Shown here: one piece after another, positions 28,317-41,683 of the stretch
How the letters are laid out: every line of letters starts with the position of its first letter
Numbering within the stretch: position 1 is the first letter of the stretch
NCBI GenBank assembly: GCA_016707895.1
Contig: JADJGV010000002.1
Span: 463,695-527,694, forward strand
Direction of reading: 5' to 3'
From: Myxococcales bacterium
GTDB taxonomy: Bacteria; Myxococcota_A; Polyangia; Haliangiales; Haliangiaceae
Length of the DNA: 64,000 bases
Made by a program: the position numbers and the translations under genes
Notes under the pieces: generated by a model
The model's input: the letters and a program-made list of their open reading frames with translations, nothing else
Databases searched by the model: none
What the model was told of the DNA's origin: nothing

Positions 28317-29494
28317 GTGACGGTATCATGCCGGTGGCGGCGTCGAGCGTCGATAGACGGCGGCACGCGGCGCGGGGTCCCGGGAGTCCCGGGCCTGGTG
28401 GGGGCGGGCGCGACCAGCGCCCAGTCGGCGTCCCCGACGCTGCCGGTGTGGCCGGGGCACGTCGAAGGTGGGCCCGTGCAGGTCGACGCGCTGGACGTCG
28501 ACGCCGACCTGCTGCGCTCGGCGCTCGCGCCAGCGGGCGCCAGCTACGTGACGGCGCCGTCCGGGAAGGCGATCACCGGCCGGGTCCAGGTCGCGAAGCG
28601 CGCCGACGCCATGGCCGCGCTGGTCGCGCACGAGCCGTCGCTGGCGATCACGCCGCGGCCGATGCGCGGCGGCGGTCCCACGGTCGACCTCGACTTCCAC
28701 GCGGCGTCGACGCGCGATGTGTACCAGATGCTGGCCGACGTCCTGCGCACCAACATCGTGGTGGTGGTGCCGCGACCGACCTGACGCCGGGCAGCGCAAG
28801 CGGCTGCGGCGTGCCGCCGAGGTCGCGCGCGCCACGGGCGGCGACGACAACCAGCCCGCGGGTGGGGTGGGGGCGAGCGCCCCGCCGCGGCCGGCCACCG
28901 GCGAGCGGCTCGCCGCGCGAGACGTGGGCGGCAGTGGCGAGCCGCCGCGCGCTCGCGGCCCGCTCGCCGGCCGACGCTGCGCGACGCGTCGGTGATGTGC
29001 GGCGCCGGCCGCCGGTCGTGCTGAGCGAACGAGGTCGCCACCAAACGGCGCTCGCCACGCGCATGACCGGCGGCGTCGGGGCGCGGGCGCGCGCGCGCGC
29101 GGGGGGGGGGGGGGGGCCGCTGGCGCGTCGACGCCGGACGGGTGCGGGCCCCGCGCGCGCGGTCGCACGCGGCCCGCGGCGGCGGCCGGCCGCGCGTACT
29201 GCCGCCGGCGGCGCGGGGAGGCGGCGACGGCTGGACGCACGCGGCCCAGCGAGGGCGGCAGGCGGATCGAGGGACGGACGGCAGGCGCGGGCGTGGCCGG
29301 GGCGTCGGGCGCCGGTGCGCCGCGGCGACGGCCGACGGCGCGCGCGCCTGACGCACGACGGGGTTCCGGGTCTGGACCCAGGGGCGGCCGGTGGTCACCG
29401 ATGACGGCGAGCGGCTCGACGTCATCGTCGCGCCCGGCGAGGTCCAGGTCCGCGGCGGCACGACGCTGCGGCTGGCGCCGCGCGCTCCGTAGCG
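28317..29494 (+). pseudogene. Disrupted gene: STN (secretin/TonB N-terminal)-like fragment followed by low-complexity (CG)n/G16 sequence and a short terminal ORF fragment
   Basis: ORF 28317..28784 encodes ...TVDLDFHAASTRDVYQMLADVLRTNIVVVVP (STN-like) then stops. 28790-29380 has no codon periodicity, (cg)n and a G16 run at about 29101-29116. Frame +2 ends ...VTDDGERLDVIVAPGEVQVRGGTTLRLAPRAP* at 29494. Confidence 0.4.
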
Positions 29495-29515
29495 CCGCGC
29501 GCGGGCAGCCCCGCC

Positions 29516-30418
29516 TCAGCCCGGGTAGCGGACGATCGCGCGCAGCTCGCTCGGGGCCGGCAGGTCGGCGTCGCGGAAGGCGCGGGCCATCGCGACCGGG
29601 CTGCCGTAGCCGACGCGGTCGGCGACCTCGGCAACCGACGCGTCGGGCGCGCTCAGCAGGAGCAGCGCGGCGCGCAGCCGCAGGATGCGGGTGATCTGCC
29701 GGAAGTCGCCGCCGAACAGATCGAACTCCTTGGCCATCGCCTTCAGCTCGCGCCGCACCTGCCGGCTCGAGCGGCCGCTGGTCGCGGCCACCTGATCGAT
29801 CGTGATCGCGGTGGCGTAGGCGTCGTAGGCCGGCGTGATGGCCTGCCACAGCCGGGTCAGCGCCGGCGGCTCGTCGAGCGTCAGCGTGGGCGGCGCGGCC
29901 AGCACGCCGTCGGCGACCAGCCCGGCCAGCGCGGCCTGCACCGGCGGCAGCGGCGCCACGCCCGCCGCGGGGGTGCCGGCCAGCGCGATCAGCGCGTCGA
30001 CGGCGGCCCAGGTCGTCGGGGCCAGCGGCCGCGGCCCGGCCGCGAGGCCGATCGGCCCCTTCACCAGCGCGCGCGCCAGCCGCAGCTCGACCGCGACCGA
30101 GCGCTCGCCCCAGCTGCGGAACCAGTGCGCGCCGCGGGTCGGGCGCTCGAGCTCGGTCTCGGCCATCACCCACAGGCCGCGCGTGGCGACGGTGACCTCG
30201 CCGGTCGTGAGCATGCCCGCCGCGAGCGCGTAGACCGTCACCACGTCGCGCACCACCGGGCTCGGCGGCGCGAACCGCGAGTCGAACAACAGCCGCCGCT
30301 TGTCCATGACGTGCATGCGCACGGTGCGGTCGAAGAACAGCGCCGAGCGGACCTGGGCGCCGGCGAAGTCGGTCTGGCTGGCGGCGAACAGCATCGACGA
30401 CGGCGAGGGTCGTAGCAC
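29516..30418 (-). CDS. AraC-family transcriptional regulator
   Basis: C-terminal AraC HTH pair (ITIDQVAATSGRSSRQVRRELKAMAKEF ... VAEVADRVGYGSPVAMARAFRDA); start may be an internal Met. Confidence 0.75.
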   Translation of the reverse strand: MLRPSPSSMLFAASQTDFAGAQVRSALFFDRTVRMHVMDKRRLLFDSRFAPPSPVVRDVVTVYALAAGMLTTGEVTVATRGLWVMAETELERPTRGAHWFRSWGERSVAVELRLARALVKGPIGLAAGPRPLAPTTWAAVDALIALAGTPAAGVAPLPPVQAALAGLVADGVLAAPPTLTLDEPPALTRLWQAITPAYDAYATAITIDQVAATSGRSSRQVRRELKAMAKEFDLFGGDFRQITRILRLRAALLLLSAPDASVAEVADRVGYGSPVAMARAFRDADLPAPSELRAIVRYPG

Positions 30419-30456
30419 GCGGGGCCGCGCCCGAGCGCGCGTGCTACGGTCGACGC

Positions 30457-31091
30457 ATGGCGAAGCTGCGCGTGTCCTACAACGCCCCGGTGGTGCTCAC
30501 CTTCGCGCTGGCGGCGGTGATCGTGCAGCTGTTGCCCGACCGCACCCAGGCCTACTTCGTCGCGCACCCCACGCTCGACGGCTGGCGCGCGTACCCGGGA
30601 CGTTCACGCACATCCTCGGCCACGCGGGCTGGGATCACCTGCTGGCCAACTTCTCGATCATCCTGATCATCGGCCCGATCCTCGAGGAGCGGCACGGCTC
30701 GGCGTCGCTGCTGGCGATGATCGCCGTGACGGCGCTGATCACCGGCTTGGTCAACGCGGCGTTCTTCAACCAGTACCTGGTGGCGCCAGCGGCATCGCGT
30801 CTGGCGATGGTCATCCTGGGCTCGGTGGCCAACATCAAGGGCCGGCGAGATCCCGCTGACCTTCATCGCGGTGGCCGCGCTGTTCGCGGGCCGCGAGGTC
30901 GTCGCCGCGTTCAAGGACGATCAGGTCCGCAGGGCGCGCACCTGATCGGCGGCACGGTCGGCGGTGCGTTTGGATTCTCGGCGCTGGCCCAAGCGCTGCG
31001 CGGCGGCACCTGCGCTGCGACGCCGGCGCCGGCGCCGCGGCCGGTGGGCGCGTCCGGGCGGCAAGCCGCCGGCGTGACGCCGCGATCGTAG
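30457..31091 (+). pseudogene. Rhomboid-family intramembrane serine protease, multiply frameshifted
   Basis: MAKLRVSYNAPVVLTFALAAVIV... (30457 frame), then GHAGWDHLLANFSIILIIGPILEERHG (rhomboid HxxxN motif) in the 30300 frame; the GGASG Ser motif and C-terminal TM lie in other frames (at least 3 indels). Confidence 0.55.
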
Positions 31092-31105
31092 TAAGGTGCG
31101 CGCCC

Positions 31106-32122
31106 ATGAAGCGCACCATCGGACTCGCACTCGCGTTGACCGCCGCCGTCGCCGGCGGCTGCAAGAAGAAGGACAAGGACGCCGGCGCTGGCGCTGGCAC
31201 CGCGGCCGGCACCGCCGCGGGCACCGGCTCCGCCGCGGGCACTGGCACGGGCACCGGCGCGGGCACCGGCACCGCCGCGCCGGCGATCGACGCTGCGGCC
31301 GCCCCGGCGACGCTGCCCCACTACATGGACGGCCTGGCCACGCCGGAGTCGGTGCTGTACGACGCCGCCAACGATCGCTACCTGGTGTCGAACATCAACG
31401 GCACGCCGTTCGCGGCCGACGACAACGGCTTCATCTCCGAGCTGAGCCCCGACGGCCAGACCAAGAAGCTGAAGTTCATCGACGGCGCCGCCGCCGACGT
31501 GACGCTGAACGCGCCCAAGGGCATGGCGATCGTCGGCGGCACGCTGTACGTCGCCGACATCAGCGTGGTGCGGCAGTTCGACCTGGCGACCGGCGCCGCC
31601 AAGGGCGAGATCAAGGTCGACGGCGCGGCGTTCCTCAACGACGTCGCGGCGACCGCCGACGGCGGCGTGGTCGTGACCGACACCTCGGTCGACGAGAAGT
31701 TCGCGTCGCTCGGCAACGACGCGATCTACAAGATCGGCGCCGACGGCAAGGTCAGCACGGTCATCAAGGACAAGGCGCTGGGCGGCCCCAACGGCGTCTC
31801 GGTCGCCGCCGACGGCACGCTGTGGGTGGTGAGCTTCAGCTCGGGCGAGATCGCCGCGGTCGACGCCAAGGGCGTCAAGCAGCCGGGGCAGAAGCTGCCC
31901 AAGGGCCAGCTCGACGGCATCGAGGCGCTGGCCGGCGGCGACTACCTGGTGTCGAGCTGGGAGGGCGGCGCGGTCTACCGCGGCAAGCCCGGCGGCGAGT
32001 GGAAGCCGGTGGCCGAGAACCTGAAGGCGCCGGCCGACATCGGCGTCGACAGCAAGCGCGGCTGGCTGCTGATCCCGCTGTTCACCGAGAACATGGTGCA
32101 CTCGGCCGCGATCGCGCCGTGA
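31106..32122 (+). CDS. SMP-30/gluconolactonase/LRE-like beta-propeller lipoprotein
   Basis: Lipobox LTAAVAGGC, Gly/Ala/Thr-rich linker, repeated blade-like segments (...LYVADISVVRQFD..., ...GTLWVVSFSSGEIAAVD...). Confidence 0.7.
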   Translation: MKRTIGLALALTAAVAGGCKKKDKDAGAGAGTAAGTAAGTGSAAGTGTGTGAGTGTAAPAIDAAAAPATLPHYMDGLATPESVLYDAANDRYLVSNINGTPFAADDNGFISELSPDGQTKKLKFIDGAAADVTLNAPKGMAIVGGTLYVADISVVRQFDLATGAAKGEIKVDGAAFLNDVAATADGGVVVTDTSVDEKFASLGNDAIYKIGADGKVSTVIKDKALGGPNGVSVAADGTLWVVSFSSGEIAAVDAKGVKQPGQKLPKGQLDGIEALAGGDYLVSSWEGGAVYRGKPGGEWKPVAENLKAPADIGVDSKRGWLLIPLFTENMVHSAAIAP

Positions 32123-32133
32123 GCGCGGCCTGA

Positions 32134-33567
32134 TCAGCCGTCGTCGGACGCGGGCGGCGTGGCCGTGACGATGCGGTTGCGCCCGCTGCGCTTGGCCGCG
32201 TAGAGCCGCTCGTCGGCGCGGGCCAGCAGCGTCGCCGGGTCGCCGCCGTCGTCGGGGAACTGGGCGACCCCGCACGAGTACGTGTAGCGCGGCAGCTCGG
32301 GCGTCCCTGGGCGCTCGGCCAGCTTGGCCCGCAGCCCGTCCAGCACGCCGGCGGCCTGCTCGGCGGTGGCGCGGCGCATGACGACGACGAACTCCTCGCC
32401 GCCGTAGCGGCCGACCAGGTCGTTGCCGCGCAGGCGCTCGGCCAGCACCTTGGCGATGTCGCGCAGCACGGCGTCGCCGACCAGGTGGCCGTGCTGGTCG
32501 TTGACCTGCTTGAAGTAGTCGACGTCGAGCAGCGCCACCGCGACGCGCTCGCCCGCCGCCGCGCCGTAGGCCAGCGCCGCCGCCAGCTGCTCGAGCGCGA
32601 ACCGCCGGTTGAAGATGCCGGTCAGCCCGTCGCGGATCGCCAGGTCGCGCAGGTGGGCCTCGCTGGCGCGCAGCGCCGCCTCGGCCCGCCGCTGCAGCGT
32701 CACGTCGCGGAAGCTCCACACCCGACCGACGATGTCGCCGCGCAGCCGCTGCGGGCGGCCGGTGCGCTCGAACACCCGGCCGTCGAGCAGCTGGATCACG
32801 TCGACGGTGTCGGCGTCGGGCGTGGCCAGGATGTCGGTGGCGCCGGCCAGGAACCGGTCGAGCTGGTTGGTCCGCTGCGCCATGTGGACCTGCATCAGGT
32901 CGACGTCGCGCGGCGGCGTCTCCAGGCCCCACATCTCGAGGAAGCGGCGGTTGAACGCCACCACCTTCTGGCCGTCGATCGCGACGATGCCCTCGCCGGT
33001 CGACTCGAGCGTCGCGGCCAGCAGCGCCTCGCGCCGCGCCCGCTGCGCCAGCTCGAGCGCCAGCGAGGTCAGGCTGGCGAGGAACGCCGCGTCGCGCTGC
33101 TCGGAGGTGGTCCACGCGCGCGCGCCGCCGACGTGCTCGTTGCACACCACGCCGACCAGCGCGCCGCCGGTGCGCAGCGGCGCGTCGAGCAGCGCGCCGA
33201 TCGTCAGCGGCGTCAGGTAGCCGGCCGAGAACTCGCTGGTGCGCGGATCGGCGTGAGCGTCGATCGCCGCGATCGGCTCCTCGCTGGTCAGCGCCGCGAA
33301 GTAGCGCGGGTAGTCGGTGGCGGCCAGCACGACGCCGCTGGCGTGGACGCCGCGGTCGCGCTCGTACAGGTCGGCGCAGCGCAGGCTCTGGCGATCGTCG
33401 CTCAGCAGCCCACGCTGCAGCGGGCCACGCCGATGGCGGTGCACCCGGTCTCGGTGATCGCGCGGATCGCGCCGTCGGGATCCCCCTCGTAGCGGCGCCA
33501 GACCCGCGCCAGCTCCGACAGCGCGTCGGCCGACGTCGGCGGCGTGGGCTCGGCGTGATCGGGCGGG
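32134..33567 (-). pseudogene. GAF-PAS-GGDEF diguanylate cyclase with an N-terminal frameshift
   Basis: ORF 32134..33444 has a GAF fragment, PAS and GGDEF (RYGGEEF). The first 40 aa of the GAF domain (VRLSPPDHAEP...AIRAITETGCTAIGVAR) are in the +1 frame just upstream and terminate at TGA; single-nt indel near 33440 (ggg run). Confidence 0.6.
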
Positions 33568-33609
33568 GACAACCTCACCAGTGTAGCCGAAGACGCGCCG
33601 GGCCGGCGC

Positions 33610-34340
33610 TCAGCGGGGCAGCCGGTTGATGCGGACGGTCCGGCTGCGCGGCTCGATCTCCGACGGCCAGCGCACCGGCGGCAGCGGCGTCGCCGGCCGG
33701 GCCAAGAGGTAGCCCTGCCCGTAGCGGGCGCCGGCGGCGATGACCGACTCCAGCTCGGTCTCGGTCTCGATGCCCTCGGCCACCACCTTCGCGCCGAGGT
33801 CGGTGCACAGCTGGATCACGCTGGCCACCAGCTTGAACATGCGCGAGCCCAGGCTCAGGCCGGCCACCAGTGCACGCCGCGGCCGCGCACCTCGTTGAGC
33901 ATGTTCTGGCACTGCGCGAAGTGCGACAGCGGCACGTCCTCGGTGATCTCCAGGTAGACGTCCTCGCAGTGCTGGAAGATCGGGTCGTCGGGCTGGACCA
34001 GCCAGCCCTCGTTGAGCTCGGCCGGGTTGAGGTTCAGGAACAGCGGCGTGTCGGGGCAGCCGTCGACCGCCAGCTTGCGCAGCTTGCGCCCGAGCTGGCC
34101 CGTGACGCCGTGCTTGGTGGCCGCGGCGAACAGGCTGATCGGCCCATCGAACTCGGGCGCGGTGGTGCGGGCCAGCGCCTCGTAGGCGAAGGCGCGCCGG
34201 GTGCGCAGGTCGACCACCGGCTGGTAGACGACGAACAGCTCGTCGGAGGTGAGCACGCGGTGGATCGGCTCGCGGTACGGCTCGCGCGGCGGTGGACTCC
34301 GGGTCTCGCGCAGCGGAGGGCTCTTGGTCGGGCGCGCCAC
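33610..34340 (-). pseudogene. EAL-domain c-di-GMP phosphodiesterase, frameshifted
   Basis: N-terminal part in ORF 33855..34340 (ELFVVYQPVVDLRTRRAFAYEALAR = EAL signature); C-terminal part (...ASVIQLCTDLGAKVVAEGIETETELESVIAAGARYGQGYLLARP) in the frame of ORF 33610..35352; shift near 33860-33880. Confidence 0.6.
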
Positions 34341-34379
34341 GTCTCCCAGCGTAACAGACCGCGCGGCGCGGCTCGCGGC

Positions 34380-35788
34380 TTACTCGCCGTTGTCGATCAT
34401 GCCGGCGCACACCGACAGCGTCGCCGGCTGGGTGTCGACGACCGACACCGGCGTGCCGGTGAGCCACGCGGTGATCGCGCCCCGCCACGTGAGCGGCTGC
34501 CCGCCGGGCGGCGTCACCGTCGTGATCTGGAAGTAGTCCTTGCTGGTGAGCGCGACGTGCTGGTTGCAGTTCGGCGCGTAGATCCCGGGCTGCGTGGTGA
34601 TCGCGGCGCGCTCCTCGGCGGTGCTCTGGATGCCGGGCAGCGCCAGCGCGGTGGCGCGGTACCAGGTGGCCAGGGTCGGCATCGGCACGCCGAGGTCGGT
34701 GTAGTTGCCGCCGATCACCGGGTCGCGCAGGTCCTGGCGCGCGATGAACGGGGTCGTGATGTGGTTCATGACGACGTGGGTGTTGTCGCCGCACATCCAC
34801 TGGTCGGCCGGGGCGTGCATGGCCAGGCACGACTGGTCCGTGTACATGCCCCAGTTGGCGGTCTGGACCACCGGCCAGCCCATGGTCTGGGCCTGGCCGT
34901 CGATCTGCGCGGCGATCGCAGGGTCGATGTCGCTCGAGCGCGGCGGCAGGTTGGCGTCGAACACGCCGCGCACCTGGGTGCCGTTGGGCGCCAGCCGCCC
35001 GGCGACGTAGTCGAGGTTGTACTCGGCGCCGGCGCCGCCGGCCGACGTGCCGCTCCACACCACCAGGCTGGCGGCGGTCAGCCGCGGCAGCGTCACCGCG
35101 CCGTCGTCGGAGGTGACCGGGCCGGCCAGCAGCTGATCCAGCGCCGCCTGCACGATCGTGTGGCCGCGGAAGTGGATGCGGTAGCGCTGGGTGGGGTCGT
35201 TCGGGTTCTCGAGGATCGTGTCGCTCTTGGTGCCGCTCCAGCTGTCCGAGCTGCAGTAGTACATGAGCACGCCGTTGGCCTCGCCGAACGGGTTGATCCC
35301 GTCGCGGTCGAACAGCCCCTGGTTGTCGGTGTTGGCCACCATCGGCGTCCACCGCGTGCTCATCTTGGCCTTGTGTACTTCTGGGCGCCGCAGTAGCGGA
35401 TCGCGCAGCTCCCGGCGGTGCCGCAGCCGCCGCCGCCCTGCTGGTAGAACCCAGCGACCGGCGTTGGTGCCGCCGGTCGAGGCGCGATGTAGATCACCGC
35501 GCGGGTGCCGTCGTTGCACACCGCGTCGGGGTTGGTCAGCGTGACCTTGCGCAGGTCGTCGCCGGCGCCGACGCCGGACGCCGGCGTGTACGCGCCGCAT
35601 TGGGCCGCGAGGACCTCATCGATCATCGGCACCAGGTTGCCGGCGTCAGGCGCGGCGTCGATGGCGGGGGCCGCGTCCGCCGCGGCGTCGGGCGCGCCGG
35701 GCGGGGCGTCCGTGGTCGGGTGCTCGTCGACCGAGCCGCAGGCAGCGGCGAACAGCAGCAGCGCGACCACGCGTGGAGCGATAGGCAT
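34380..35788 (-). pseudogene. Pectin acetylesterase/NOTUM-family (PAE) secreted esterase, frameshifted
   Basis: N-terminal 140 aa with lipoprotein signal ([17 protein letters not shown]...AVCNDGTRAVIYI...FYQQGGGGC) in ORF 35360..35806; remainder (YYCSSDSWSG, SGTSAGGAGA) in ORF 34380..35600; shift near 35365-35385. Confidence 0.6.
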
Positions 35789-35896
35789 GCGTGCCCGTCG
35801 TTGCACGCCACAGGCCGCCGCAACCTCTCGAAACGACGGTCCCGGCGGGACCTCGCGGTCCCGCTGTCGCCGCTGCTCCGGATCCGGAGATACCGC

Positions 35897-38191
35897 TCAG
35901 GCGTTCAGCGCCAGCTGGGTCGCCCGCGCCAGGTTGCGCTCGAGCTGGAGCTTGCCGGCGTCGTACTGCACCGGCCACGGCACGTCGGTGACGCCCTGCT
36001 CGGCCGCGGCGTGCAGCGTCCAGTACGGATCGGCCAGGTGCGGCCGCGCCAGCGCGCACAGATCGGCGCGGCCAGCGGCGATGATCGTGTTGACGTGGTC
36101 GGCCTCGAAGATGTTGCCGACGGCGATGGTGGGCACGTGCAGCGCGTTGCGGATCTGATCCGACAGCGGGACCTGGAACATCCGGCCGTAGACCGGGCGC
36201 TCGTGCTTGACCACCTGCCCTGACGACACGTGGACGATGTCGACGCCGGCGGCCTGGAACCGGCGGGCGATCTCGACCGCCTCGTCGCCGGTGTTGCCGT
36301 CGGGTGCCCAGTCGTGGGCGCTGAGCCGCACCGACATCAGGCGCTCGGTCGGCCACGCCGCGCGCATCGCCGCGAACACCTCGAGCGGGAACTTGCAGCG
36401 GGCGTCGATGCTGCCGCCGTAGCGCGTCGGCGCGCCGGTTGGTCAGCGGCGACAGGAACGACGACAGCAGGTAGCCGTGGGCGCAGTGCAGCTCGAGCAG
36501 ATCGAACCCGCAGCGCGCGGCGCGCTTGGTCGCGGCGACGTGGGCGGCCAGCACCGCGTCCATGTCGGCGCGGGTCATCGTGCGGGGCACCTGCGACGTC
36601 CCCGGCAGGTACGGCAGCGGCGACGGCGCGATCAGCTCCCAGCCGCCGGCGGGCAGCGGCTGATCGGCGCCCTCCCACGCCAGCTTGGGTGGCGCCCTTG
36701 CGGCCGGCGTGGCCAAGCTGCAAGGCGATCTTGGTCGATCCGGCGCGGTGGACGAAGCCGACGACGCGCTTCCACGCGGCTTCCTGGACGTCGTTCCACA
36801 GGCCGGTGCAGCCCGGCGTGATGCGCGCCTCGGGCCCGACGCACGTCATCTCGGTGAACATCAGGCCGGCGCCGCCGCCGGCGCGCGCTGCCGTAGTGCA
36901 CGAGGTGGAAGTCGTCGGGCGTGCCGTCCTGGGCCGAGTACATGCACATCGGCGACACCGCGACCCGGTTGGGGATCGTCAGGTGCCGCAGCCGGAACGG
37001 CGTGAACATCGGCGGCACCGCGCGGTCGGGCACGCCGCTCTGGGCGGCGATCGCGCGATCGACGCCGGCGATGTAGGCCGGGTCGCGCAGCCGCTGGTTG
37101 GCGTGGCCGACCCGCTGGCTGCCGGTGAGCAGCGAGAACACGAACTGCTGCGGCGGCAGGTCGACGTAGCGGTCGACGTGCTCGAACCAGGTCATCCGGT
37201 TGCGCGCCGCGCTCTGCAGCTTGAGCGCCTCGACCTCGCGCTCGGCCTGGTAGCGGGCCAGCCGGGTCGGGACGTCGCCGTCGGTCGACTGCAGCACCGC
37301 GGCCAGCGCGATCGCGTCCTCCATGGCCAGCTTGGTGCCCGAGCCGATCGAGAAGTGCGCGGTGTGGGCGGCGTCGCCGAGCAGGACGATGTTGTCCTTG
37401 TACCAGCGCTCGCACAGCACGCGGTTGAAGCGCAGCCACACCGCCGAGCCGCGCAGGTGGCGGGCGTTGGAGATCAGGCGGTGACCGTCGAGCAGGTCGG
37501 CGAACAGCTCCTCGCACAGCGCGATCGACTGGTCGGCGGTCATCGCGTGCAGGCCGGCGGCGCGCCAGACGTGCTCGGGGGTCTCGACGATGAACGTCGA
37601 CATCTCGTCGTCGAACCGGTACGCGTGCAGGTTGAACCAGCCGTGCGCGGTCTGGCGGAACGCGAACGTGAACGCGTCGAGCTTCTTCTTGGTGCCGAGC
37701 CAGATGAACCGGCAGTCGCCGACCTGGATCCGCGGGTTGAAGTGCGCCTCGTGCTTCTTGCGGGTCACCGAGTGCACGCCGTCGGCGCCGATCACCAGGT
37801 CGTACTGCTTGGCGTAGACGTCGGGGTCGGTGAACTCGGTCTCGTACTGGATCGTCACCCCCAGCGCGCGGGCGCGGCCCTGGAGGATCTGCAGCAGCTT
37901 CATCCGGGCGATGCCGCAGAAGCCGTGGCCGCTCGACGTGATCTTCTCGCCCTTGAAGTAGGTGTCGATGTCGTCCCAGTGGCGGAACGCGCCCTCGATC
38001 TGCTCGACCACCTCGGGCGCCTGGGCCCGGAAGCCGTCCATGGTCTTGTCAGAGAACACCACGCCCCAGCCGAAGGTGTCCTCGGCCTTGTTGCGCTCGT
38101 AGACGGTGACCTCGTGGCGGGGGTCCGCCTGCTTCATCAGGATCGCGAAGAACAGGCCGGCGGGGCCGCCGCCGAGACAGAGGATGCGCAT
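35897..38191 (-). pseudogene. Salicylyl-CoA 5-hydroxylase / 2-aminobenzoyl-CoA monooxygenase-reductase-like bifunctional flavoprotein (FAD monooxygenase plus Old-Yellow-Enzyme domain); OYE half split over three frames
   Basis: Begins at M391 of ORF 36632..39361 (MRILCLGGGPAGLFFAILMK..., GDAAH). OYE N-terminus (MFTPFRLRHLTIPNRVAVSPMCMYS) in that frame, continues in ORF 36337..36861 ([22 protein letters not shown]...) and ORF 35897..36379 (OYE C-terminus): at least 2 frameshifts. Confidence 0.6.
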
Positions 38192-39325
<1,134 letters not shown>

Positions 39326-39495
39326 CGGCCGGAGTGTCGTCAGATCGCCCCCGCGGCACAAGCGCGGCCCGCTGGTCTGGGCCTTGCGTCAGGGTGGCGC
39401 ACAGCGCGATGCCGCGGTGCGGCAGGGTGATCAGATCCGATCAGCGGGGTAGGGCCGCCCGCGGGCGCGCGCCGCCCGCGTGGTATCCCCGAGCG

Positions 39496-40287
39496 ATGCG
39501 AACCGCGTTGCTGTCGCTGGTGCTGATCGGGTGTGGTGGCGCGCCGGCGCCGACCGCCAGCCCCGCGTCCCCCGCGCCGGCCACGATCGCGGCGCCGGCC
39601 CCGCTTCGGCTCACGGCGGTGCCGCGCGCGGTCGGCGATCGCTTCGACGAGACGTCGTACGACCACTACGACGTGATGGTCGACGGCGTGCACATCGTCG
39701 AGCTGGAGGAGTTCCGATGCAGCCGCGAGGTGCGGGCGGTGGCTGACGGCGCGGTGACCGAGCAGGTCACGCGGTACCACCAGTTCCACGTCGAGCAGCG
39801 CCGCGACGGCCGGCTGGCGATCGGGCCCGACCTGGCTGGCCACACCTACCGGGTCGCGGTCGACGGCGCCGAGCTCGCGATCACCCGCGACGACGGCGCC
39901 GCGCTCGACCCCGCGGAGCGTGAGGCGGTCGCCCGCGACCACAACGACCTCGGGAGCCCGATGGCGTCGTCGGCGCTCGTCGGGACCGCCTGGGTGCCCG
40001 GGGTCGAGGTCGGGCTCGACCCCGCGGCGCAGCTGCGGTTCTTCGGCGAGGAGGCCAGCGGCACGGCGACGATGACGTTGATGGCGGCCACCGCCGACAC
40101 GGTCACCTTCGCCGGCGGCAACCACCGCACCTTCGGCGACGGCGTCGAGGTGACCGCGACCGGCACGTTCGTCTACGACCGCGCCACGCTCCGGCTGCGC
40201 CACCGCGAGGGCACCGCCACGCTCGCTGGCGCCTGGGTCGGCCGCTCCGAGCGCCGCACCGACATCACCGACGTCGCGGCGCGCTGA
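39496..40287 (+). CDS. Hypothetical lipoprotein
   Basis: M55 of ORF 39334..40287: MRTALLSLVLIGCGG lipobox. Confidence 0.6.
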   Translation: MRTALLSLVLIGCGGAPAPTASPASPAPATIAAPAPLRLTAVPRAVGDRFDETSYDHYDVMVDGVHIVELEEFRCSREVRAVADGAVTEQVTRYHQFHVEQRRDGRLAIGPDLAGHTYRVAVDGAELAITRDDGAALDPAEREAVARDHNDLGSPMASSALVGTAWVPGVEVGLDPAAQLRFFGEEASGTATMTLMAATADTVTFAGGNHRTFGDGVEVTATGTFVYDRATLRLRHREGTATLAGAWVGRSERRTDITDVAAR

Positions 40288-40290
40288 GCG

Positions 40291-40728
40291 CTACGCCGTC
40301 TGGGCCCAGCGGCGGAACGCCTCGACGGTCCGCTGGGCGGTGTCGCTGGCGAGCGCGGCCTGGGCCCAGCGCGGCACGGTGCGGCCGGCCCAGGCGCGGA
40401 GCTGGTAGTGCAGGATGCAGCGGTCGGGCGCGACCGCCTCGATGCGGGCGGCGCCCTCGAGGCCGCGGGCGTCGTCGGTGGTGGCCGGCGACCAGCCCAG
40501 CGTGCGGGTGTCGTCGTCGTAGGTGTAGCGCAGCGTGTAGGTCAGGCTGCCGGTCGACGGCATCGAGGTGAACTGCACCACGCTCGGGCGGTGCGGCGCG
40601 CCGTCGATGACCCGGGCCTCGGCGATGCCGGGCACCCAGTCGGGCGTCGCGCCGATGTCGGCGAGCAGCTGCCAGGCGCGATCGGCGGAGCACACAACCT
40701 CGATCGATGCCTCGAGCACGGCCGCCAC
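40291..40728 (-). CDS. SRPBCC-family protein (polyketide cyclase/dehydrase/START-like)
   Basis: 145 aa; helix-grip-like profile (MAAVLEASIEVVCSADRAWQLLADIGATPDWVPGIAEARVID...). Confidence 0.6.
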   Translation of the reverse strand: MAAVLEASIEVVCSADRAWQLLADIGATPDWVPGIAEARVIDGAPHRPSVVQFTSMPSTGSLTYTLRYTYDDDTRTLGWSPATTDDARGLEGAARIEAVAPDRCILHYQLRAWAGRTVPRWAQAALASDTAQRTVEAFRRWAQTA

Positions 40729-40741
40729 CGCCGCGTGGCGC

Positions 40742-41679
<938 letters not shown>

Positions 41680-41683
<4 letters not shown>

